This document shows, piece after piece, positions 1 to 8,402 of a stretch of 25,546 nucleotides of DNA. The notes under the pieces were generated by a model. It was not told the DNA's origin. It made no database searches and saw only the letters and a list, made by a program, of their open reading frames with translations. Every line of letters starts with the position of its first letter. Position 1 is the first letter of the stretch. Position numbers and translations under genes: made by a program. The stretch comes from Fidelibacterota bacterium (GTDB lineage: Bacteria > Fidelibacterota > Marinisomatia > Marinisomatales > S15-B10): assembly GCA_046861655.1 (NCBI GenBank), contig JBHIAI010000011.1:1-25546 (forward strand). Direction: 5' to 3'.

Positions 1-2
1 AC

Positions 3-1562
3 CAGGATGGCCTCAGCGAATTCCTGGCTCTGGAAAAAACCGAAGACCACCAGACCCGTCCCCACGCGGTCACCTATTACGAAATCGGCCCGGACGGTAC
101 CCATCTTGAGGTGTGGACCTTCGCGACGGGTCGTCCCGTGGCAGATGCCCGAATCGCCAATACAGACGGCAATACCGCCCCCGAAGTGGTGGTCATGGAA
201 GTTCCCCATCCCGGTACTCTGGTGGACGACGGGCCCTGGCTTCATGTCTTCCCCTGGAACGACGGGACATTCGCTTCCGAACCTGAGTTTCAATGGGGAA
301 ATCAACGGCCTGATGAACCGCAGTCCCTTCGTCCCTCCCATTTCGCCGTTCTGGACATCGAGAGCGACGGCAGGGATGAAATCGCCGTATCTCTGGCAAG
401 CCCCCGCCGGGAACTGGTTCTGCTGACCCGGACTGGACCGGATGCCAATCCGGGATTCACGACCCTGAAGTTGCCCCTGTCTGAACGATTGGCGTCAGGC
501 TACGGCCATATTCTCCTGGCCGCCGGGGATCACAACCAGGACGGATACCCGGATCTTCTTGCCCTGAACAAGGAACTCGATCGACTCAAGATGCAACTCT
601 TCGAGGGGACGGGCTCTGCTCTTAAGCCTGGATCTGTGTATGATCGGTCCACGGAGGAACTGGACCTCTCCCTCAGGGACATTCTTCCCAGCGGCCTTCA
701 CAGCCTGGATACCGACCGGGACGGTAGGGAGGAACTCATGGTTCCCTTTCGTTCCGGTAGGGCCCTGGCCATCTCCCTGGATAACCAACGCCTTCACCCG
801 AGACCGGTAGAAACGGAGCTGTCGGCCCTCTTCGTTTTCCCCCCGTCGGGCCTTGAACCCAGTCATCTCAACGACGTCCTTTTGACCCGGGCCGAATTGG
901 GCGTCACGGGACGGAGGGTCAGGCAACTGAAAATGGAGGCCGTGGCTGCTCCCGAACCGGAAGAGCCCGCTGAGGAGGCGGTAACTCCCCCGGCTTCTTC
1001 CGCCCGGAAGGTCAAGCGCCTTGAACTGGAAGCGATCCCAACGAAAGCAGAGACCGCTGAGGGAGCCGAGAAACCAGCCGAGGAAACAGCGACTGCTCCC
1101 GACACCGGGGGGCCTGCCGTTCAGCCCCTGGAGGAGACGGCTGAACCCTCGGCTCCAAGACGAGTCAGAAAACTGGCTCTCGAATCGGTGACCAGAGAGG
1201 AGCTGTCCGAACCTCCCGCACCGACCAAGATTGAGGTTCCCCCTGGGATCGAAATCTCCGATACGGTCAGGGTAGGACAGACCTTCCGGCATCCCCTGAA
1301 GCTTGGCGAAGGCGAAAAGCTTCACGCCTTCCGTCCCACCAGCCTCCCTGGGGGTGCGTCATTCGACCCTGCCTCTCTCGCCATCACCTGGACGCCGACC
1401 GTGGCCCAGGTGGGACTGCATACCCTTTCCTATGATGTGGAATACGAACTCACGGGAGACGTTCGTGTGGAGGAAACAGGGGAAACTGTTCAGCTTGTGA
1501 CGAAAACGGAAACCAGGACAGTCCAACGGTACATCATCGTTCTGGATGAACAGGCTGAATGA
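3..1562 (+). CDS. FG-GAP/VCBS-repeat propeller protein with Pro/Ala/Glu linker and one C-terminal Ig/cadherin-like (He_PIG-type) domain; 5'-truncated by the window edge
   Basis: The frame is open from position 3 (QDGLSEFLALE...YYEIG) through the track ORF 111..1562. It has repeated DxD/NxDGxxE/D Ca-blade motifs (NTDGNTAPE, DIESDGRDEI, DHNQDGYPDL, DTDRDGREEL) and a C-terminal LPGGASFDPASLAITWTPTVAQVG motif. Its stop overlaps the next start (ATGA, 1559-1562). Confidence 0.8.
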   Translation, partial: QDGLSEFLALEKTEDHQTRPHAVTYYEIGPDGTHLEVWTFATGRPVADARIANTDGNTAPEVVVMEVPHPGTLVDDGPWLHVFPWNDGTFASEPEFQWGNQRPDEPQSLRPSHFAVLDIESDGRDEIAVSLASPRRELVLLTRTGPDANPGFTTLKLPLSERLASGYGHILLAAGDHNQDGYPDLLALNKELDRLKMQLFEGTGSALKPGSVYDRSTEELDLSLRDILPSGLHSLDTDRDGREELMVPFRSGRALAISLDNQRLHPRPVETELSALFVFPPSGLEPSHLNDVLLTRAELGVTGRRVRQLKMEAVAAPEPEEPAEEAVTPPASSARKVKRLELEAIPTKAETAEGAEKPAEETATAPDTGGPAVQPLEETAEPSAPRRVRKLALESVTREELSEPPAPTKIEVPPGIEISDTVRVGQTFRHPLKLGEGEKLHAFRPTSLPGGASFDPASLAITWTPTVAQVGLHTLSYDVEYELTGDVRVEETGETVQLVTKTETRTVQRYIIVLDEQAE

Positions 1563-4500
1563 TGGTTCGCATTGTCCCCATTCTTCTCCTCATGAGTCTG
1601 GCCTTTCCGGCCGACCTTAAGATTCTGCATATGAAAGGGGTATTCGATCTTGACAACGACGACCTGGTGGAATTTCTCACCATTGAAGATGGACAGGGGC
1701 GGGGAGGGGTGGTTACCCGGGTAGGATACTACGAGATCGATGAACTCGGATATCCCCAGCTTCTCTGGCATCTGGATGCCCCCACCGATCTGAACGGGTC
1801 CGTAGCCGACGTCCGCCTGTCCGACATGAACGGAAGCGGCGTTCCCAGTCTGGTGGTTGCCGCCAATCTCAGGAGCGAAACCATAGCAGATGTGTCCCTG
1901 GCCGCCCTGTATATCTTTGACCGTACCCAGGAAGAATTCTCCACCCGGCCATCCCTGACTCTTTCTCTCGCAGACCTGCAGAATCCCCGGACGATCAACA
2001 ACATGGATGTTCTGGATCTTGAAGGGGATGGGATGGAGGAAGTGGTCGTTTCCCTTCAGGGCGATGAACCCACACTGTCGGTGATTGCCCTGGAGGATGT
2101 GGACGGCGACCTCCGGTTTGAGGAAAGATGGTCTAAGTCCCTCGAAGGTTTTTCCTCAAGTGGCGGCCGGCTTTACGCCGGCAGTCTCGATTTCAACAGG
2201 GACGGCAATTCTGACCTGATCGCATTCAGCCCCGAACGAAATGTTCTTCGGGTTCAATCGTTCTTCAACCGGGACGGTCAGCTGGTCACGGGGCCCAGCC
2301 TTCTCCACCGGGTGCCCGGCATGTCCGTTCCACTGGCCTGGTCCTTGCTGACCATGGATTGGAATGGGGACAACGTGGACGACTTGCTCGTCCCTTTTGA
2401 ATCCGGACATGTCCTTTCTGTGTCCGTGGTCCAGAGGGAAATCGAGGTGTCGGAACTCGGTATCGATGCCGGCCCCCTTTCCGATCTCAAGTGGGCCGAT
2501 TTCAATCAGGATGGAGTGAAAGATCTTTTCCTGGTGAGCGGCCAGCAGGGCGTGGTGACTCTGGCGTACGGATCTGACGTCCCCGGTCCACCCCTGCAGG
2601 AATATTTCTCCATTGCTGGTGGTGAGGAGATGGGCGCCCAGATTTTTGCTGCCGTACCGGAAATCGTGGACGATTTTTATCTCGGCACAGTGATCGCCGG
2701 TGGTTGGACGGGCCAGGAGAGTGAAGTCTTCTACTTCGAGCTTGGGTCCGTACCGGAGCATCCTGAAGAGATTCTCGTGGACACCTATACACCTCAGGCC
2801 AAGCTGGAAGAGCCGGTAGAGGAACCCCCCAGGATGCCCCCCATGGAAGGAAAGCCCCTGCCTCCCGGGATTCTCCCTACCTACGTCCTGCCGGTCAATC
2901 AAACCTTTGCCTACACCATCCCTGAGGAAGACGACCGGGAATTCTTCAGCTTCCGGTGGGTGGATCCCCCTCCCAGGGGCATGTACTTTCATTACGAAAC
3001 CCGGTCCATTGAGTGGGTGCCTGACGACCAGCAGTTGGGTGCATATGAGCTGGCGTCTCTTCTGAAGATGAAGGTGGGTGAAACCATCGAAATCACCACC
3101 GATGAAGAAGGCGCCGTGACCTACCAAGTGGTCCCCGAACTGGTTACAGTGGAATCACGGTTCTGGATCTACGTGAACGATCCGCCGGAGATCATCTCCT
3201 ATCCAGAAGGGACGGAATTCGTGGCTGGAAGCCAGTTCACGTATCAGGTCATAGCCTCCGATAACAATGTGGATGCCCATTTACGCTACACCCTGGAAAA
3301 GGGTCCTGAAGGCATGACCATCCAGCCTGGCCGGGATGGCCTCGTTACCTGGCAGACCGATGCCTCCCATGTTGACATCTACGAGGTGCGAATCGTCGTC
3401 TCGGATGGATTCGACCGGGACGCACAGACCTTCAAGCTCTACTCGAGAGGCCAGGTGGTCATCACCTCCTACCCCGATCCCGAAGCCACCGTGGGCAGGC
3501 CCTATGAGTACCAGGTACGGGTCCAGATACCCGAGGACAAGAGGGAGGAGCTCAAGTTTTCCCTCCTAAGACCTCCCTACGGTATGACTTTGGATCACGA
3601 GGGCCATATCTCCTGGACCCCCCAACCCGCCCAGGTGGACACGGTCCAATTCAGGATCGTGGCCAGTCACGGCATCGCCTCAGATACCCAGTTTGTCTCT
3701 GTCTTTGTCAATCATCCCCCTATTCTCACGTCCATCCCCGATCCCATGACCAAAGTGGCCCTGGGGGACACCCTCGACTTCCAGTTTCAGGTGGATGACC
3801 CGAACGAATTCGACGTCATCAGATTCGAACCCATTTCCTTACCGCCAGGCATGCGTATCGATCCCTCCACCGGGAGACTCCTTTGGGTTCCCACCGAAGA
3901 GAACCTCGATTTCTCTACCGCCACCATCCAGATAACGGACGGTCGCGAAGTGGTGGAAAAATCCTTTGAATTCTTTGTCAACGCCTCCCTTCATATTGTC
4001 TCTGCACCGGTCACGCTGGCATCGGTGGGTGAGCTCTATTCATACGAAATCGCTACCTCCGATCTCAACCGCGGGACCCTCATGAGCTTCTCCCATGTCA
4101 CTCCGGTCTACGACGCTGAGAACACCAAGGTCTATTCGGTTCAGATTGAAGACGCCGTCTACCGGGAAAACATCGACAGGTACATCGGTGAATTCAAGAG
4201 CAAGAAATCTGTTCTGGTGGAACTCGAAGAACCGGGACCCGACGAGGAACAGACCGTCTCCCGCATCAACTTGAAACGGTACGTCCAGGATGTTTTCTAC
4301 GAGGATGACCATCTCATAGTAGTGACCAGAAAACTGGGGGGCCGCTGGGTCAAGATAAAAGATGTGCTGTGGCATTTCTTTGAAGGAAACAAGGGCAAGC
4401 CTCCCAGGGTTCTCGTGGAGCGCGTCCCCCTGACCCGTTACACCCTTCTCGATTTCCCCGATGGTATGTTCGTGGACGAACTCACGGGCACCATCACCTG

Positions 4501-5221
4501 GACGCCCACTTTCAAACAGTACGACACTCACCGGGTAACCTACATGGTCTCCGACGGCTACACAAAGGATGAACAGGCCTTTGATCTCTACGTGAATCAT
4601 CCTCCTACCATCATTTCCACCCCTCCCCGTACTGCCAGAGTTGCCCAACTGTACAAGTACAGGGTGGTGGTGGAAGACAAGAACAGCGATAAGGCCCTCA
4701 CCTACGAACTGGTGAAAGGACCCAAGGGCATGCAAATCAGCCGGGACGGCACGATCACCTGGATGCCGGAACCATCCCAGATCAACAGCCGTCTGTTTGG
4801 GGTTAAAGTCTCGGACGGCTATGCTGAAGATTTCCAGGAAGCCAAACTCTTCGTGAATATTCCCCCTACCGTTATTTCCCAGCCCAAGCCCGTGGCCCTA
4901 ACGAACTTCGAATATCGTTACCGCATGGCAACGGAGGATCTTAACGGCGACCATGTCAAGCTCCGGGCCATCAAGATTCCAAAATACGCCCGGTTCGACG
5001 AAAAAACCGGTATGCTCAGATGGAAGCCCCGTATGAATCAACGGGGCGTAAACGGTATTGTCCTATCCGCTGTAGACGAGCGGGGGGCAGCCACCTCCCA
5101 CGAATTCCAGATCCATGTGTTTGAGGATCCCAGTTCCCAGCAATTCGTCTCCACCAGCTGGCCCCTCCTCCTTGCCTTCGTGGGAGCCATGTTCACAGTG
5201 GGCGTTACTGCCCTTCGATAA
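1559..5221 (+). CDS. Large cell-surface protein: signal peptide, FG-GAP propeller, ~7 Ig/dystroglycan-cadherin-like repeats, C-terminal transmembrane anchor
   Basis: N-terminal signal peptide MMVRIVPILLLMSLAFP; multiple DxNxDGxxD motifs; repeats with P.GM.I...G.I.WTP and V.DG...D.Q.F.L.VN.PP; C-terminus WPLLLAFVGAMFTVGVTALR. Confidence 0.88.
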   Translation: MMVRIVPILLLMSLAFPADLKILHMKGVFDLDNDDLVEFLTIEDGQGRGGVVTRVGYYEIDELGYPQLLWHLDAPTDLNGSVADVRLSDMNGSGVPSLVVAANLRSETIADVSLAALYIFDRTQEEFSTRPSLTLSLADLQNPRTINNMDVLDLEGDGMEEVVVSLQGDEPTLSVIALEDVDGDLRFEERWSKSLEGFSSSGGRLYAGSLDFNRDGNSDLIAFSPERNVLRVQSFFNRDGQLVTGPSLLHRVPGMSVPLAWSLLTMDWNGDNVDDLLVPFESGHVLSVSVVQREIEVSELGIDAGPLSDLKWADFNQDGVKDLFLVSGQQGVVTLAYGSDVPGPPLQEYFSIAGGEEMGAQIFAAVPEIVDDFYLGTVIAGGWTGQESEVFYFELGSVPEHPEEILVDTYTPQAKLEEPVEEPPRMPPMEGKPLPPGILPTYVLPVNQTFAYTIPEEDDREFFSFRWVDPPPRGMYFHYETRSIEWVPDDQQLGAYELASLLKMKVGETIEITTDEEGAVTYQVVPELVTVESRFWIYVNDPPEIISYPEGTEFVAGSQFTYQVIASDNNVDAHLRYTLEKGPEGMTIQPGRDGLVTWQTDASHVDIYEVRIVVSDGFDRDAQTFKLYSRGQVVITSYPDPEATVGRPYEYQVRVQIPEDKREELKFSLLRPPYGMTLDHEGHISWTPQPAQVDTVQFRIVASHGIASDTQFVSVFVNHPPILTSIPDPMTKVALGDTLDFQFQVDDPNEFDVIRFEPISLPPGMRIDPSTGRLLWVPTEENLDFSTATIQITDGREVVEKSFEFFVNASLHIVSAPVTLASVGELYSYEIATSDLNRGTLMSFSHVTPVYDAENTKVYSVQIEDAVYRENIDRYIGEFKSKKSVLVELEEPGPDEEQTVSRINLKRYVQDVFYEDDHLIVVTRKLGGRWVKIKDVLWHFFEGNKGKPPRVLVERVPLTRYTLLDFPDGMFVDELTGTITWTPTFKQYDTHRVTYMVSDGYTKDEQAFDLYVNHPPTIISTPPRTARVAQLYKYRVVVEDKNSDKALTYELVKGPKGMQISRDGTITWMPEPSQINSRLFGVKVSDGYAEDFQEAKLFVNIPPTVISQPKPVALTNFEYRYRMATEDLNGDHVKLRAIKIPKYARFDEKTGMLRWKPRMNQRGVNGIVLSAVDERGAATSHEFQIHVFEDPSSQQFVSTSWPLLLAFVGAMFTVGVTALR

Positions 5222-5274
5222 TTCCCACCCTGTTCCCCGATTTCGGCAGGTCATCCTTCCCGTCACACGACTTC

Positions 5275-5329
5275 AAAAGCAAAAGGGCAGCTCACAAGGA
5301 TAATGGGTAAATGATAGAACGAGCTGCCC
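5275..5329 (-). terminator. Rho-independent terminator-like hairpin with U-tract on the minus strand
   Basis: Perfect 9-bp inverted repeat (5285-5293 / 5321-5329) with a 27-nt loop; AAAAGCAAAA at 5275-5284 reads as a U-tract on the minus strand. Confidence 0.6.
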
Positions 5330-5410
5330 CTAGGCTATACGAGAGGAACCGATTCGCCCAGATCGGCCCGTGAACGGCGGGAAACCTACGATCCCCTGAA
5401 ACCCGCTCAC
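5275..5410 (-). ncRNA. Candidate small non-coding RNA (~135 nt, three hairpins, ending in an intrinsic terminator)
   Basis: Upstream TTGATC-N17-TAACTT. Stems: GUGAGCGG/CCGUUCAC (5410-5370), GGGCCGAU/AUCGGUUC (5369-5346) and GGGCAGCUC/GAGCUGCCC (5329-5285), followed by UUUUGCUUUU. The G-U pairs form only on the minus strand. No ORF is called here. Confidence 0.55.
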
Positions 5411-5416
5411 GCTCAC

Positions 5417-5445
5417 AAGTTAGGCGACCGTGAGGAAACGATCAA
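5417..5445 (-). promoter_or_regulatory. Putative sigma70-type promoter for the candidate sRNA
   Basis: -35 TTGATC (5445-5440), 17-bp spacer, -10 TAACTT (5422-5417). The predicted start (~5410) coincides with the first base of hairpin 1. Confidence 0.45.
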
Positions 5446-5491
5446 GGAATTGATGTTGATCTTAAGAGAAAATCTTGTACACTATGAAAAA

Positions 5492-5520
5492 TTGACGTGT
5501 TTTCAGTCCCTTTGTACTGT
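5492..5520 (+). promoter_or_regulatory. Putative sigma70-type promoter for the peptidase/propeller/barrel gene
   Basis: TTGACG (5492-5497), N17, TACTGT (5515-5520), in an AT-rich intergenic stretch ~100 bp upstream of ATG 5618. Confidence 0.45.
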
Positions 5521-5617
5521 TATTCTGCGACCTGAACAGTGTTCCCCGGGCCCTCTTGACAGCAACAAAGTGACTGTGGATGTGCATGGACAGGGTCTAA
5601 CTTCAGAGGGTACCACG

Positions 5618-8395
5618 ATGACAAGGGTGACAAAGCCCCTGCGTGTTCTGACCACGGTATTCCTGCTTCTGGGGATCATCCGGGGACAGCTGGCGTCTTT
5701 GCAACATGAACCTGATCTTCACTGGCAAACCTTGATCACCGATCACTTTTCCGTTCACTACCCGGCTGGGTTCGAGGATCTCGGCCTCAGGGTGGCCAGT
5801 ATTTGCGAGCAACTATACGGCCCTGTATCCAGCTCCCTGAACTGGTTTCCCGGCAGAACGGACGTGGTGGTGCACACCCGGGCGGACTTCCCGGGTGGTG
5901 TGGTAACCTTCCTTCCCTGGCGAATGGAATTATTCGTGACGGAACCTCAGGGCAACATTGCCGGTTCCGGGGATTCCTGGCTGCGAGTGGTCATCGCCCA
6001 CGAATTGACACACATCGTACATCTGCGCAAGCGTCGGGGCCTGTCCACCCTCACCCATCCATTTCTCGGCGAGTTCAATGCTTTCTGGCAGAATATCGTG
6101 CCCCTGTGGTTCACGGAAGGATTCGCCACCCTGAATGAATCACGCTACACAAAAGGGGGTGCGGGACGGGTTCCCTACACCTGGATGCAGATGGCAGCCC
6201 CGGTTCACGCGGGCAGGCCCTGGCGGCTGGGAAGCACCAGCCATGCCACACGCAAGAGAATGCCCCGGCAACGCATGCGGTATGTATCGGGGTACTTCTT
6301 GACGGAGTGGGTGGAACGGAAATTCGGCCCCGGCACCTGGGCCAGGATCCTAGACAGATACGCCGCCCTCCCGATCCAGGGATTTTCACGGGCAGTGAAA
6401 TCGGTTACCGGAACCCCTTTGAATGCTCTATACAGCCAAGTAGTGGATCAATTCTCCCGGGATAAGGAAAAGCTGTCCCCGGGGGCGTCACCCAGGATCT
6501 GGCGGCGAGTGAAACAGCCCGAAAACCAGTACTCCCCTCGCTGGACGGATGATGACCACCTCATGATCTATCGAAAGAGCTTCGATGATCTGGAGGAGGT
6601 TGCCATACTGGATCGATCCGGCCGGCTTCAACCCGTTGTTCAAAGGTCTTTGACCAAGGTTGAGAATGCTTTCTCGCGGGGAGAGAGCGCCGTGGTCTGG
6701 GCGGAACTTCATCCACACCCCCGGTTTTCCGCCACCATCTATTCCGATCTGATGAAGTACGATCTGACCACAACAAACGCCCGAACCCTGACCCGGAACG
6801 CCCGGCTCACCTGCCCCGATCTGTCCCCGGATCAATCCCGCGTGGCCGCCGTACAGACTGACCTTCCTACGACCCGGTTGGTAACAGTAGACATGGAAAC
6901 GGGAAAGGTCAGCACTGTTCTGAACATTCCCGGGGCAACACTCCTCAATCCCCGGTGGTCACCGGAGGGAAACCGCCTGACTTTTTCACTGAAAGATTCC
7001 TCGGGTCAGCAGAATATCGCTGTTATGGACGTGACCAGCGGGCGATGGCGATATCTGTATTCTCCCGACGCCTATCATGACAACAATCCCTGTTGGACAC
7101 CCGACGGACGGTTTGTTCTGTATACATCCGAACGGTCCGGGGTATTCAATATCTGGGCGGTCCGGGTGGCCTCCGGGGATCGATGGCAAGTGACCCGCGA
7201 TCCCCTGGGAGCTTTTACCCCAGACGTTTCCCCCGATGGGGATGAACTGGCATTTGCTTCCTACTCTGACCTCGGATTCCGGGTCGCGACCGTACCTCTT
7301 GACACAACTCAGTGGCTACGAGAAAACCGGTCTCCTCCGGCCCACCCTCTGGGTACGCCAACGGAACATCACACCGAACACCCCCCTTTCCCGTCGGCTC
7401 CAGACTGGACGTCCACGCCTTACCGCTCCTGGCGGCACATACGTATGCCCCAGGGGTGGTTTCCTTATCCTTTCTGGGACCAGAGCCGTTTCTGGCTGGC
7501 GTTGACGGCCATCAGCGCCGATCCCCTTCATCGCCACAGTTGGAGCGGGAGCCTGGGACAATCCATCCCAGATACCCGTCGCTTTTTCGACTTCCGCTAT
7601 ACGTACCGCCGGTGGTGGCCGGTGCTGACCCTCCGAGGATTCTCCCTTCCCCCCCACGTGTCAGCCAACACGGAGTCCGGGGACCGGCAAAAGGAGGGGG
7701 CAGAAGTGACGGCGTCTGTTCCCCTGGTTATTGAAAGCAATGTCTACGTCACCTTTGTGCAACCCTTTGTCCGGTGGCGGCGTTACCGGTGGGGAAAAAG
7801 GGTTTACCAGGGCATCCAGACGGGCCTCACCCGGACCCGGGTTGCCCAAACCCCCCGGGACATTGTCCCCTACCGTGCCCTGGTCTGGTCCGCCTTTGCC
7901 GATTGGACCGGACCCCGGATGGGAAGTGATTTCTCCGGCAGTCAAATCAGTGCTGCCGCCCAACTGTTTGTTCCCACTCCCGTCTCTCACCTCCAGGTGG
8001 AAGTGCTGACGCGGTATCAGAACCGTAGCGGTAATGTGGGGTGGACTGCCTCAGGAACCCTTCCAGTGGGGCATGCAGATTATGGGAAGGCCCACCAGAT
8101 TCGGCTCAAACTTGCCCTCCATCTTCCCCTGGCCTACCTGGAATGGCCGGTCCCGGTCCTTCCCGTATGGATGGATTACGTGGAGGCAGCCACATTCTAC
8201 GACCGGGGAGCCGGCTGGGGGAAGGGCCCAGGCTTGGATGACAGCAACACCCCAGGTCCCTTTTCCTCCGGCGTTCAGATCGCCACCAGCCAGGTCGTTC
8301 TGGAACGATTCCCTGCGCGTCTAGGGGTTAGCTTTTATTACCACTCTGAGTATAAGGCGTGGCGGTGGGCACCCATACTCGAGTTGCCCTTCTGA
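5618..8395 (+). CDS. Secreted/outer-membrane protein: gluzincin-like (peptidase MA) domain + PD40/TolB-like propeller + C-terminal beta-barrel-like region
   Basis: ATG 5618 begins a signal peptide (MTRVTKPLRVLTTVFLLLGIIRG) and is preferred over the track start at 5450. It has HELTH...PLWFTEG zinc motifs, PD40 repeats (PDLSPDQ, NPRWSPEG, NPCWTPDG, TPDVSPDG) and an aromatic beta-strand-rich C-terminus ending in Phe. Confidence 0.8.
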   Translation: MTRVTKPLRVLTTVFLLLGIIRGQLASLQHEPDLHWQTLITDHFSVHYPAGFEDLGLRVASICEQLYGPVSSSLNWFPGRTDVVVHTRADFPGGVVTFLPWRMELFVTEPQGNIAGSGDSWLRVVIAHELTHIVHLRKRRGLSTLTHPFLGEFNAFWQNIVPLWFTEGFATLNESRYTKGGAGRVPYTWMQMAAPVHAGRPWRLGSTSHATRKRMPRQRMRYVSGYFLTEWVERKFGPGTWARILDRYAALPIQGFSRAVKSVTGTPLNALYSQVVDQFSRDKEKLSPGASPRIWRRVKQPENQYSPRWTDDDHLMIYRKSFDDLEEVAILDRSGRLQPVVQRSLTKVENAFSRGESAVVWAELHPHPRFSATIYSDLMKYDLTTTNARTLTRNARLTCPDLSPDQSRVAAVQTDLPTTRLVTVDMETGKVSTVLNIPGATLLNPRWSPEGNRLTFSLKDSSGQQNIAVMDVTSGRWRYLYSPDAYHDNNPCWTPDGRFVLYTSERSGVFNIWAVRVASGDRWQVTRDPLGAFTPDVSPDGDELAFASYSDLGFRVATVPLDTTQWLRENRSPPAHPLGTPTEHHTEHPPFPSAPDWTSTPYRSWRHIRMPQGWFPYPFWDQSRFWLALTAISADPLHRHSWSGSLGQSIPDTRRFFDFRYTYRRWWPVLTLRGFSLPPHVSANTESGDRQKEGAEVTASVPLVIESNVYVTFVQPFVRWRRYRWGKRVYQGIQTGLTRTRVAQTPRDIVPYRALVWSAFADWTGPRMGSDFSGSQISAAAQLFVPTPVSHLQVEVLTRYQNRSGNVGWTASGTLPVGHADYGKAHQIRLKLALHLPLAYLEWPVPVLPVWMDYVEAATFYDRGAGWGKGPGLDDSNTPGPFSSGVQIATSQVVLERFPARLGVSFYYHSEYKAWRWAPILELPF

Positions 8396-8402
8396 CCCCG
8401 GG

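Noticed and set aside
4076..4429. Insert in Ig repeat 5 as an intein
   Set aside because: No intein terminal His-Asn or splicing blocks, and the host is an exported protein.
5303..5314. Plus-strand mini-ORF ATGGGTAAATGA after AAGGA as a leader peptide
   Set aside because: Only three codons, the SD spacing is too short, and there is no plus-strand attenuator U-tract.
5290..5419. Direct repeat GCTCACAAG (5290-5298, 5411-5419) as a CRISPR remnant or target-site duplication
   Set aside because: Only two 9-bp copies, with no array, cas gene or transposase; it may be chance.
5450..5617. Track's N-terminal extension of the 981-aa ORF
   Set aside because: It crosses AT-rich promoter-like DNA, and the signal peptide begins at ATG 5618.
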